NCBI GenBank assembly: GCA_965287045.1
Contig: OZ336870.1
Coordinates: 116,746,001-116,810,000 of the forward strand
Reading direction: 5' to 3'
DNA: 64,000 bases
Source: Carcharhinus amblyrhynchos
Lineage: Eukaryota
Shown: in pieces, positions 24,126-36,495 of the stretch
Numbering within the stretch: position 1 is the first letter of the stretch
Layout: every line of letters begins with the position of its first letter
Position numbers and translations under genes: made by a program
The notes under the pieces: generated by a model
What the model was told of the DNA's origin: nothing
What the model saw: only the letters and a program-made list of their open reading frames with translations
Database searches by the model: none

Positions 24126-27100
24126 CAACGAAAATTATGCAGCAAAGCTGCTTTAATTCAAGTTGAAGGAAATAAAAATTAAAACATCATATTAGGTAAA
24201 GCAATAGATATTTTTCACCCCAAGTTATTTTAGTAATCAGAGTCAACTAATAATATTGTTAGAAAATGAAACATTTTCCATTATTTTTACACTGTTTGCA
24301 TCAACCAAGAACAGTACAGATACAGCCTCAGAAAAGGTACTAACACTGCACCAATCTGATATTTCCATTCCATTTACCTCAGTAGACAATCTATATTAGT
24401 ATATCTGAAACCTATTACAAAAATAATGGGATTGTCTGGTTTTATGCCAATTAAAGACTAGGTTAAGATGAGCTTACATCACATGGAACCCATATAAACA
24501 GCACAACATCATCCACCTTCCACCAGTCCCAATGAAAACAAGGACGTTATAATCCATCATGAAATCCATTCTCTTTAAACAGCATCTTTAATCCAATGTC
24601 AATCACACTGTAAAGCAGTGGACCCCTGCTACATACAACCAAGAATCTCCCTTCATAACTTAAGCTGACATTTGCTTTAGTAGTCATTTACACTAGCTGC
24701 TCTCTACAACCCAACCCAATGATAGAACAACGAATGCTTAGGTAGTCTGCACCATGAGATGTTGCTTCATTATGCTATTTTGACACAAGATGCACCAAGG
24801 CTATACTCAAACTTATTTAATTTCATCATTTAATACCTGCACACAATCTTGCAGTTGGGAATCAGAGTGTAGTGACCAAAAGCAGAATATTGTGCTAAAA
24901 TGATCCCCCTCTCAAGATCACAAAGCAACCCTAATACCCTCCACGGACAGTTGGTAAGCACAAACTCCGAATCGCATTGGACTAAGCACCTGTTGTTAAC
25001 AAGATTTGTTTACAACTCCACTGAAAACAAAAACTTCAAAACAGGAAATAACTATACGCATAGGGATAAACTTCACAAGAGAACATGATGCAATAGATAT
25101 TCTCTAAGACCTTCTCAACCATGTTACTGGTGATTAAAGCCAGATATGTCCAACTTTAATATAACAAAATAAGTGGATTCAACAACCATTCAGTTGATTT
25201 CATCTCTGTTCAATGTAAAAACGCAACGTGTGCCAACTATTTATGATGTTATCCCCTGGGCTACCCAAGTAATTTATATTCATTTTGGAGACTGGCACAA
25301 AAGTCATTATGCTCCACTGGTGCTGCCTGAGTCTGGAAATTACCTGCAGATTAAACAACAACTTGTGTTTATAATGCACTTTGGCTTAAGAAAACCAATT
25401 CACCTCAGCTAGATTGCTCCGAGAAAACTAAAAAATGTTCAGACATTTTAGTGCATTGTAGCAAGATGCCTCCTGCTTAATTGAAAACCAAAAAGGCAAA
25501 TAATAAAACCCACGAGTTGCATTTTAATGTTGATATAGCAGCACAATAATATGCAACAATACATAACATCCCTGCAGCCTCAAAAGTACAAAATCTGCAT
25601 TAACATACTAAACTATCAATATACACCAGACAATTGTATTAGGCTTGGTGCTATTATTTCATAGCCACTGAAGGACAAAATGGCATATTTTAGATAGTTA
25701 CAGAATAAGTTTTAATAAAGGAATCTAAACCTAATATTAGGTTAAGCATCAAATAGAATTTCAACCCTTCCCAAAGTAGAGAATCTGGTCATAATTACTC
25801 AGAAGTACAATTCTAAGATATTATTTTAGCACTGACAGGAATTGGTGTAACAAACTGTCATTGTTTCAGTGCAGCTTATCCTCCATCAGCTCTTTACATC
25901 AAACACAGTGCTTACCAGCTTCATGATAAATGCAATTTTGATCTATACCTTTTCTTCACTCTGTTCAATCTCTATGCATCTAAAAACAGACAGTTTGCAG
26001 TTATAAAAATACTCATCTATACTATTTCAAATGAGTATAAATTCTGAAACTATTGCGTGATTTCAAGAATAGAATTCTGACTGTCAGGCCAGTCCGACCA
26101 TGCAAAGATAATAAGTAACACTTCCCATTCCAACTTCATTTTATGCTGGATAGGAAGATAATTTGTCAATCCAGTTACTGATGAAATAAAATTTAACTAA
26201 TTCTGTTAGTACAAAAGGTAAACGGATGACGAACTGTACAAGTCCTTTTTCAAAGAACAGCAAAAAAACAATTTATCACCTGTGGAATTTTGTGTAAAAT
26301 CAGTTCCCAAAATATCTGGACAAAAATCTTTTGTTGGCATAAGGACTCCAAGCAATATTGGGTTGGGCCAACCTCAACCCCATGTTTCGATAAGGGGAGT
26401 CATAGGCACAATACTGCACATAATTTGATGTCAGATTGTTACTAACTCTAGAGCTATGCTACCTTAAAACGTTACAAACGAGATGCGTTCACTAATGTTC
26501 GCGTATGTGTTAAACGCCTAAGCATGTGCAGTTGTGCTCCGAATCATCATGCACTATAGAGCACTATATTTTGTCCATATGTAGCTTAGCTGCACGCTTT
26601 ACAAATCAATGTGCCGATAGGACTGGGATTTGCTTTGATAGCCATTATGTGGTTTTAATGTGTCATCCTGTAACACTGGAATTGCGGATGTTACATTAGC
26701 TCCAACTATTATACGAATGCCGACAATGTTATTAAACAACCATATCATCACCAGAGTAGAACTTAATGGAAACAATGTAGCCAAACCAGAATGTCAGCAA
26801 ATTTATACCACAATGTTTATTTTAATTTGCATCACCATGGCTGTGAATCCATTGGAAAAATAGCTATGTAGCACAGGGATCACAGAAGCCACAGGCCCGG
26901 CCAGTGCAGAAAATAAATGTGACACAAGATACATTGTTGGGTCAAAGCAAGAAGATGTACCAATTTTCTCAAAATGTGGACAAATAAAGTTAAAATATTT
27001 AAGGGAAAATACAAAAACTTCAATTTCATACAATTAAGTATTTCACATGTTGTCAGCTATAGGAAGATTGTGATAAAGTACAGAGGTGTAATGGATCAAT

Positions 27101-28839
27101 TCCTTTACTTATTTAAAATAGAGTTTGGAGTTATAAAAACAGTTAAACAAAGTTGACTTGATAAATATATGAGCCAGTTTATTACAAGAAATTTTCATCT
27201 CAGCTTTAAAATCCTACGCTTGTCACCATAAAAACAAAATCCTGTTTAGAAGCAATCCTCTAAAGATGTGGCTTGGATAGTCATCTCTGCAGACCAAGAA
27301 ATATTAAAACAGGCTTTAGTTATAAAAATAGAAGCAAGGTACCAGAGACCACTGCATATTAGAAAGGGGCACAGTCATTATAACAGTTTCTCTCATAGAA
27401 TGGCTCTTGGAAATGGTTCTGTCACAAGTGCCATGAGATGCTTTGAATTTTACTTTACTTTAAAGGCTAGAATCTATCATTCTTACACAAAAGAGATACT
27501 GACTGCTGAATATTCAAGATTCTAACAGCTTTAAGCTGCTCAGCTGGCAGTGCCTCTTTAGGGTCAATAAAGAAATTATAAATTTGCCTCAGGTTTAGAC
27601 AGCTGTAAAATATTATTTGTTTGGATCTTATATTTAGAAAAGTGCAATCCAGAGCAGTTAACACCTCATCCTGTAAGCTTCACAAACTTACATGGGTTAC
27701 AGAACATCTATAGTGTGAACTGAAAATAATAGTTAAAGTGCATAACATGCATTTGTCATAATAAATTTACATCGGCCAAACACAAACAATTATTTTGTAA
27801 GTGTTACCTGAGCAAGTGATATATAAGCTTCAAAAATCAACTTGGAAATGCATTGCACACTGTTTTTAATCCACAAACATTGCATCCAAACCAATACTGC
27901 AAGATTAGGATGTGCAGCCAGAGTTAAAAAGTCAATTGTGCCTCAGTGACAAAAAAGCTTCAAACATATGTACTTGTCCATATTCAGTTTTACTTCTTAT
28001 TCTACTATTAGAATTATTTTAAATGGCAGAAAGATATCCTTCAGTATCATAAAATTGAAAAAATTCCCAAGAAACCCTGCACGGTAGGGGTTCTATGATT
28101 CCATGAAACTCAATGTGTCAGCAAAGAATGCGGCTTTGGACTAGGTTGAAAATATGCTACATATGGTAAATTCTACCTGACTTGAGTTACAAAGCCAGCC
28201 TTGGGCAATCGTGCACACAAAATCACTTTGCCCAGGCCTAAAACTGACAGGTCTATAATCTTGACAATGCAAGATAACAATTTTACGTCTTGGGCAGCAT
28301 TTTGGGTCTCCTAAAACTAGCATCGTAGGGCTGATTCAATTATACTGAATATAGTAGGTATGAATAAGATACTAGAGAGCATGAATTAAAGCTGCAATCC
28401 TTCACTTATAAAGATTGTTCCTAGCTCGGAACTTTCCACAGAAGGGAGGGAATATAGAATAATGAAAGAGGAGCAAAGGAAAGGGGAGCAGTACACTATT
28501 TTTGTTGTTTGCCTCCTGTGCTTAAAACACAGGTCCCAACTGAGATGGACAAAAAATAGAAAATAAGGGACTATCAGTGTACAAAAAAGAAAGTATTCAC
28601 ATGCATCCCTCTTACTGGATCATATGGTATTTATGCAAGATGGTACTGTATGAAGAATTCAGTTTTTTTCAGGAATTAATTTTTAAATATCGCTTTGCAT
28701 AAAGATGGGGAACGGCGAGTCTCTGGCTTTACAAACCAATGTTATTGATATTTCAAACCTGTTGAACACGCTACTGCAATCTTCTGTACTACCTAAGATA
28801 CAAAAAAAAGGTTTACGGTGCAGTTGCTTTCATACTAAC

Positions 28840-28928
28840 CTGCAGGTTTCCCTTGTTTCAGCAATCTCCCTCTGCTCTTCCTTGCTGTTCAGAATTGCTC
28901 CAATATTGTCTGCACTTTCAGCTCCTAG
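28840..28928 (-). CDS. METTL14: METTL14 exon 2 (89 nt, [30 protein letters not shown])
   Basis: Acceptor TTCCTTAG|CTA, donor CAG|GTTAGT. Peptide matches METTL14; phase 0 to 2. Confidence 0.96.
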
Positions 28929-29479
28929 CTAAGGAATAGAAATCTCCGTGAAATTTCGCATTAAATAAAGTTACGCAAAAAACTCAAGTTGGCAATATAT
29001 ATTTTATGAAAGGGTAGTGTACAGTAAAATTGCAGTGTGTTAATTTCTTCTTTGGAACAATAGCATAGTTTTTTGGTAACTGTACCAGTACCCCAGAGAT
29101 GTGCGCTAATGATATTTTCAGGATGTGGGCAATGCTGGCTAGGTCATCATTTATTGCCCATTACTAACTGTCCTTGAGAAGGTGATGGTGAACTGCTTTC
29201 TTGAACCACTGGAACCCCTGATCCAGGGAAACAACTTGAAATGTTAATACGGCAACTGGGAAATTTAACACTTAATCGGAAAAGAAACAGTTCAGACCAG
29301 TCTGCTTATTTCCCTGTTTTACTGGTGCTCCATTTTAAGGTATACAAGACCAGTTCAGACCAGTATTCTTATTTCCCCATTTTTACTGTTTCTTCACACA
29401 CTTGTGTGTGTTAAACTGCCTTAAGGACTTCACAGGCACCTGTTAAAAGCAAAGTACGACAATGATCCACAGAATGAGT

Positions 29480-30340
29480 GTAGTTCAATGCATAGGGTTT
29501 AAGAAACATCTTAAAGGAGAAAAAGGGTAGGGAAGCAGAGATTAGGATAAAAAGTTCCTTAGGACCTTTAGGGTTTTGGTAACTGAAAATATGACCATCA
29601 ATGATGAAGTGATTAAAATCAGGATGTGCAAAAGATCAGGATTAGAGGAGCACTGATACAGAATCATCTCAGAGGAGGAGGTTACAGAAGTCGAAGGCAC
29701 CAAAGCCAATGATGTTTTTGAAACAAAGATGCAAATTAAATGGAAAAAACCTTGGATTGCTAACCAGTCTGTGAGGGCAAGGGTAATGGGCAAATGGGAT
29801 TTGGTACAAGGTGGAACACTGAATGCAGAGTTTTGGAAAGCATCAAATTTACAGAAATAGAACGTACAAGGCTGGCAAAGAGAGACAGTCAAGTCTAGAG
29901 ATAAGAAAGGTACAATGATGATTGCAGCAGTTTACAAGCTGAGGCAGGGCGGCGACAGACAATGTTATGGGGGTAGAAAGACAGTTGAGATGTGTGGTTA
30001 GAAGCTCATCTCAAAATCAATTATATCATAGCTCAGAACAGTCAGGTTCAGCCTCAGAGTTGCCAGAGAGATAGGGGTGGGTCAGTGGTTCGGGAATGTG
30101 GTTTGAAGTGGGGATCCAAAACGTTAGCTTAAATCATTCAAATATTTAATTGGGGAAGATTTCTCACTCAGGACAAGCAGTTAACATTTTAGAAAAAGTG
30201 CAGGAATCAAAAGGGATTATGGTGAGGTAAAGCTGGGTGTCATCAGAGCACACGTGGAAATTCATGCTGTGTTTTCCAGATGATATCACCGGTGATAGCA
30301 GATAGTTGATGAATAGGAGTACATCAAGGATAGATCAAAT
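29480..30340 (-). mobile_element. Degraded L2-type LINE fragment
   Basis: Similar by eye to 18730-19830. Boundaries approximate. Confidence 0.5.
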
Positions 30341-31310
30341 TGGCAGGCAGTAGCTAGGGATCGGTGCTAGGACCCCAGCTTTTCACAATATATATTGATT
30401 TGGATGAGGGAACAAAATGTTTGCAGATGATAGCAAGCTGGGTGGGAAGGTGAACTATGACAAGGATGTAGAGATCCTTCAGAATGATCTGCACAGGTTG
30501 GGTGAGTGGGCAAGTCAATGGCAGATGCAGTATAATTTGGAAGCAAAAAACAAGGCGACAGATTACTACTACCTGAATGGCTGTAAATTGGGAGAGGGGA
30601 GTGTGCAGCAGGACCTGGGTATCCTTGTACACCTGTCACTGAAGGTAAGCATGCAGGTGCAGCAGATGTAAAGAAGGAAAATGGTATGTTGGCCTTCATT
30701 GTGAAGGGTTGAATACAGGAGCAGGGATGAGCAGGGTCTTGGTGAGGCCCCACCTAGAGTACTGTGTACAGTTTTGGTCTCCTTTTATGAGGAAGAATGT
30801 TCTTGCTCTCAAGAGAGTGCACCAAAGGTTTACCAGGCTGATTCCGGGACAGGCAGAACCGATGCATGAGGAGAGATTGACTCGGTTAGGATTGTTTTCG
30901 CTGGAGTTCAGACGAACGAGGGGAGATCTCATAGAGACTTATAAAATTCTAACAGGACTTGACAGGGTAGATGCAGGGAGGATGTTCCCAGTGGTGGGGG
31001 AGTGTAGAACCAGGGTTACAGTCTGAGGATTCAGGGTAGAACATTTAAGACAGAGGTGAGGAGATATTTCTTCACCCAAAGAGTGATGAGCCTGTGGAAT
31101 TCATTGCCACAGGAAGCAATTGATGCCAAAACACTGAATGTATTCAAGAGGTGGCTTGATATAGCACTTGGGGCGAATGGGATCAAAGGTTATGGGGAAA
31201 AAGCAAGATTAGGCTATTGAGTTGAACAATCAGCCATGATCATAATGAATGGAGGGTTAGACTCAAAGGGCCAAATGGCCTCCATTTTGCTGCAATGTTC
31301 TAAGTTTCTA
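30340..31310 (+). mobile_element. Old CR1 3' fragment
   Basis: FADDSKLGG, LEYCVQFWSP and RGDLIETYK remnants; CR1 3' UTR. Confidence 0.85.
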
Positions 31311-32489
31311 TATTAGGGATACGGGGTAGTAGGGGAATAGTTGAGCTAAAAGATCAGCGTGATTTACTTGAACGGTGGAATAGATACAAGTGGACAAATG
31401 GCCTACTCCTATTTCCTATACTCACAATCAACCAGTAACTTAACCGTAAGTACTATGGCTACAAGAACAGGTCAGAGGCCAGAAACTCTAATAACAAGTA
31501 ACTCATCTCCTGACTCCCCAAAGTCTGTCCATCACTTACAAGGCACAAAACTAGGGTGAAAAACACCACAGCTGTATCTATATCAGATAGAGTGCAGTGA
31601 TTCAAGGCATCAGCTCATCACCACCTTTGCAAGGCAATCATTAATGGCCAGAATAAATGGGAGTTTTATTAAGCAATGTTCACATCCAATGAATAAATTT
31701 TAAAAATAACATTTCATGAAACAAGCACTTTTTTAAAAACTTCAAACACAAATTACAATACGTCTCACCCAGAAACTATGTCAGTTTGCAAATAACAAAA
31801 ATACAATGTCCTTGACAATTCAGATTTTCCCAATTATAATAATTTCAATCAGATGCAGTGCTTTAAATGTTGCTAGTTTCTGTACACCACAAACAAATGT
31901 TATTTTTTTCAACAATTTTGTTTATAATTAATTACAGATAAAACATACAATGGCAGAGCAGTTTAACTTAACTAGTGGCTTAAAATCATTAGAGCTGAAG
32001 ACTCAATTCTCTAGCAAGATCATTTTATCAGTCACTTTTATTGAAGGAACTGAAGTTGTACCCTTAACTATCAGACAAGCCATGTTGGAGTTCACTTCTA
32101 AAGTGAATGTGAAGGATCTACTTAGCTCCTCAGCCATTTTTTTCCCTGTATACCTAACCTCCTCAAAAGATCATTGCAATCTTTAATTATTTCCTGGCTT
32201 CTAACAGTTCTTTTTAAATAAACATTCCATTACTCCTACAGTTTTCCTCTATCCTTTTTTCTAAAGCATTCCTATGTTTTTGTGTAGTGACATTTGGTGC
32301 CCCCAAAATAAAATTCCTACTAAGTTCATTTTACCATGAGCCCTCAGCCTACCAACCAGTCTGGATTAAATAAATGATTCTGTTCCTCTGTAGTGCAATT
32401 ATTTTTACTTACCACACTCCAATGTACTCTTCCCAAAACCTCCTAATACATAAGAATTCAAACTTATTGTACTTCAATATACATAATTT

Positions 32490-33410
32490 GAAGAACAACA
32501 TAACTGGATTGATTAGTAAGTTTGCAGACAACACAAAGGTTGGTGGATTTGTGGATAGTGATGAGGACCATCTGAGGATATAGCAGGATACAGATCAGTT
32601 GGAGACTTGGCGGAGAGATGGCAGATGGAGTTTAATCTGAACAAATGTGAGGTAATGCATTTTGGAAGGTCTAATACAGATAGGAAATATCCAGTAACTG
32701 GCAGAATCCCTAGGAATATTGATTTGCAAAAGGATCTGAGTGTACAGGTACACAGGTCACTGGAAGTGGCAACGCAGGTAGAAAAGATAGTCAGGAAGGT
32801 ATACGGCATGCCTGCCTTCATCGGCCAGGGTACTGAGTTTAAAAACTGGCAAGCCATGTTGACGTTTTATAGAATCTTACTGAGGCCACACTTGGAATAT
32901 AGTGTTCAATTCTGGTCACCACACTACCAGAAGGATGTGGAGGCTTTGGAGAGGGTACAGAAAAAATTTACCAGGATGTTGCCTGGTATAGAGGGCATTA
33001 GCTATGAGGAGAGGTTGGAGAAACTTGGTTTGTTTTCACTGGAGCAAAGGAAGTTGAAGGAAGACCTGATAGAAGTCTACAAGATTATGAGAAGCATGGA
33101 CAGAGTGCATAGGCAGAAGCTTTTGTCCAGGGTGTAAGAGTCAATTATTAGGGTTTAAGGTGCGAGGGGCAAGTTTTAAAAGAGATATAAAAGATAGATT
33201 TTTTACAGAGTGTGGCGGGTGCCTGGAGAGGTAATGGAAGCAGATACAGTAGGGAGTTTTAAAGGGCGTCTTGACAAGTACATGAATGAGATGGGAATAG
33301 AGGGATATGGTCTCCGGAAGCGTAGGGGGTTTTAGTTAAGTTGGGCAGCATGGTTGGTGCAGCCTTGGAGGGCCGATGGGCCTGTTCCTATGCTGTAATT
33401 TTCTTTGTTC
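32490..33410 (+). mobile_element. CR1 3' fragment
   Basis: ORF 32607-33137 (WQMEFN..KCEVMHFG..LEYSVQFWSP). Confidence 0.85.
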
Positions 33411-33690
33411 GGTGGCACAGTGGTTAGCACTGCTGCCTCACAGCACCAGGGACCTGGGTTTGATTCCTGGCTTGGGTCCTTGTGTGGAGTTTGCACATTC
33501 TCCCTATGTCTGCATAGGTTTCCTCCCACAGTCCAAAGATGTGCAGGTTAGGTTGATTGGCTATGCTAAATTGTCCGTTAGTACCAGGGAGGCTAGCTAG
33601 GTAAATGGGAATTGGGCCTGGTGGGATTGTGGTTGGTGCAGACTTGATGGGCTGAATGGCCTCCTTCTGCACTATAGAATTCTATAAAAA
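33411..33690 (+). mobile_element. tRNA-derived SINE
   Basis: GGTGGCACAGTGGTTAGCAC head, B box and V-domain-like core. Confidence 0.8.
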
Positions 33691-33834
33691 ATCCTATGAA
33701 AACTAGTTTTATTCCTCCAGAATCTCAATGCAGAAGAGGCCCTATAACTCGAGTCTGCACCAACACAGAGAGAGAAGCCTGACCTACTAACCTAATCCCA
33801 TTTCCAGCACTTGACTTGATCTTGAATGATGTCA

Positions 33835-34140
33835 TACAATCTTGTAGTGCAGAAGGAGGCTATTTGGCCTATCGTGTCCGCACTGACCACAATCCCACCC
33901 AGGTCCTATCCCCATAACCCCATGCATTTCCCTAGCTAGTTCCTCTGATACTATGGGGCAATTTGTCATGGTCAATCCATCTGCCCTGCATATCTTTGGA
34001 CGGTGGGAGGAAACCGGAGCACCCGGAAGAAACCCATACAGACACAGGCCGAATGTGCAAACTCCACACAAATGGTACCCAGTCTGGGAATTGAACCTAG
34101 GTCCCTGGCGCAGTGAGGCAACAGTGCTAACCACTGTGTT
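33835..34140 (-). mobile_element. tRNA-derived SINE (inverted relative to the 33411 copy)
   Basis: Reverse complement of the same family. Confidence 0.8.
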
Positions 34141-34499
34141 GTCCTGACATGCCAAGTGCTCATCCAGGTACTTTTTAAAGGATGTGTGGCAACCCGCATC
34201 CACTATCCTCCCAGGCAGCGCATTCCAGGCCATCACCATCTTCTGAACAAAACTTCACATACCCCTCCTAAACCTCTTGCCTCTCACCTTGACCTTGTTG
34301 CAAAGGCTGATGTGTTAGCAACCCTTTTAACCACATTTTGATTTAAAGCTTTAAGCTTCATTTGTTATTTTAGTTTTGGGCAGTTCAACAGGCTGCCCCT
34401 TTAATTTTGTCCCTCAGTTTATTTCATTTAGTTTTCTTGGTTTAACACAAAAGAGGTAGACGTTGGCTTCCAGTTACTAAAGTAGCCTTCCATCATCAG

Positions 34500-35220
34500 T
34501 TAATTTTGAATCCACTTTCCCAAATTCTACATGTATTGCCTTCTTTATAAGTCTCCCACATGGGGCTTTGTCAAAGGCTTTGCTGAAATCCATACAGACT
34601 ACATCAACTCACAACCTTCACCACCTGGACACCACTTTAAAAAATTCAATCAAATTTGTTAGGCATGACCTCCCTCTGACCAAGCCATGCTGACTATCCC
34701 TGACCAAACCTTGCCTCTTTAAGTGGAGAATTTTCTCCAATAGTTTCCCTGCTACTGACATGAGACTCAATGGTCTGTAAGTTCCCTGGCTTATCTCTAC
34801 AGTCCCTCTTAAATAGTGGAACCACATTTGCTTCTCTACAGTAGTCTGGCACCTTTTAAAGGCCAGAGAGGAATTAAAAATTTGAGTCAGAGTTCCTGCA
34901 ATCTCCTCTGTTGCCTATCACACAGGCCTGGGACACAATTCATCTGGACCTGGAGATTTGTTCACTTTTAAACCTGTCAACAACCCATCATACCTCCTGT
35001 CAATTTGCTTAAGAAGCTCACATTCTCTGAGTTTCATACCTTCATTCTCATTCTCTTGGGTGAAGCTGGATGTGAAATATTTGTTCAATGCTCTACTGAT
35101 GTCCTCTGGCTCCACCCACAGATTGCCCCCATAGTCCTTAATGGGCCATACTCTTTCCCTGGTTATCTTCCGATTGACATACTTGTAGAATATTTTGGGA
35201 TTTTCCCTACTTTTACCTGC
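34500..35220 (-). mobile_element. Old CR1 fragment
   Basis: YRPLSLMSV..QHGLVRGRSCLTNL and KSPGPD remnants. Confidence 0.8.
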
Positions 35221-36197
35221 CAGTACCTGCATCCAAAGCCCAGAACAACAGTAAAACTTGCTGTGATCCTTACAATCCAAACCTTTACCACCTTCTAGAA
35301 AACCAATAAAATGAAAAATAAAAAATCTGAGCTGTCAGTTTGACAAGCTCAGAGTTTAAAACATCAAATCTTGTCTTCACAGTTTTGGATTGATACATAA
35401 ACTTGACCTCAATTTTGCACCATTCAAATAATATGCATCACATTTTTATAGAATCTGTTTCTTTAATCAATTTGTACTAGATAGCCAGTTGTACCAAAGG
35501 ATAGAAATTCACAAATGTGGAAAATATAAGGGTTAAGTGGATAGAGCAGGGGAATGGGACTGACCAGAATGCTTTTCAGACAGCCAGCACGTACTTGACG
35601 GATTGAATAGTCTCCTTTGACGCTATAATGACTAATTATGGCCAGGTTCAATATCAACTAAATGCAAGTTTGCTAAATATGTATAGGCTTTGCTAGGCTT
35701 TCTCCCAGTTAAGTACCTCAAGCAAGTGCTTAAATACATTTTTCCACAATACGATCAATGACTGGCTACTATTCCTAATGCCCATACAGTACTGAGCAGA
35801 CTACTCCATTTATCATTCAAGGCAATATATCCTGAGTGTATTACCACTAACAGGTAATTTACTTGAGGTTAAAGTTTAAATCTGTCCTGTAGAGCTTGTA
35901 AGAACTTGTCCACAGAGATAAAGCAAGAGTGAGTGGTGAATAGATCATGCAGTCCTTTGAGCTTGCTCTTCCAATCAAGAAGATCATGGCAGATCTTCAA
36001 CGTCAATGCCATCTTTCTGGATTCCCTTGGTATCCAAAAACTATCAGCATCTTGAATTTACTCAAAACTACTCAAGCTGTTAATTGCAACCAAGAAAAGA
36101 AACTATACTTTATAACAGAATGATGTATGATTCAAAAGAAAAATAATGACTTTTATTAATATGGCACTTCATGACCTGACAGCTCAAAGCGCTTTCT

Positions 36198-36495
36198 AGG
36201 GTGGCACAGTGGTTAGCACTGTTGCTGCACAACACCAGGGACCCGGGTTCGATTCCTGGCTTGCATAACTGTGTGTGTGGAGTCTGCACATTCTCCCTGT
36301 GTCTGCATGGGTTTTCTCAGGATGCTCCAGTTTCTTCCCACAGTCTGAAAGACGTGCTGACTAGGTACCTTGGCCATGCTAAATTCTCCCTAACTGTACC
36401 CAAACAGGCGCCACAGTGTGACAACTGGGGGATTTTCACAGTAACTTCATCACAGTGTTAATATAAGCCTACTTGTGACAATAAATAAACTTAAA
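36198..36495 (+). mobile_element. tRNA-derived SINE
   Basis: A and B boxes (GGTGGCACAGTGGTTAG, GGTTCGATTCC). Same tail type as 53815-54095 (-). Confidence 0.8.

Noticed and set aside
26599-27033. Short hydrophobic ORFs as a nested gene
   Set aside because: No recognisable homology, non-ATG starts in part and no splice structure. RNA structure explains the region better.
27790-27850. Short resemblance to the 3' end of an H/ACA snoRNA (SNORA24-like, from memory)
   Set aside because: The similarity covers only about 17 nt and I saw no supporting hairpins.
36198-36270. tRNA gene-like A/B boxes (here and at other SINE heads)
   Set aside because: No cloverleaf or anticodon arm; each continues into a SINE body.
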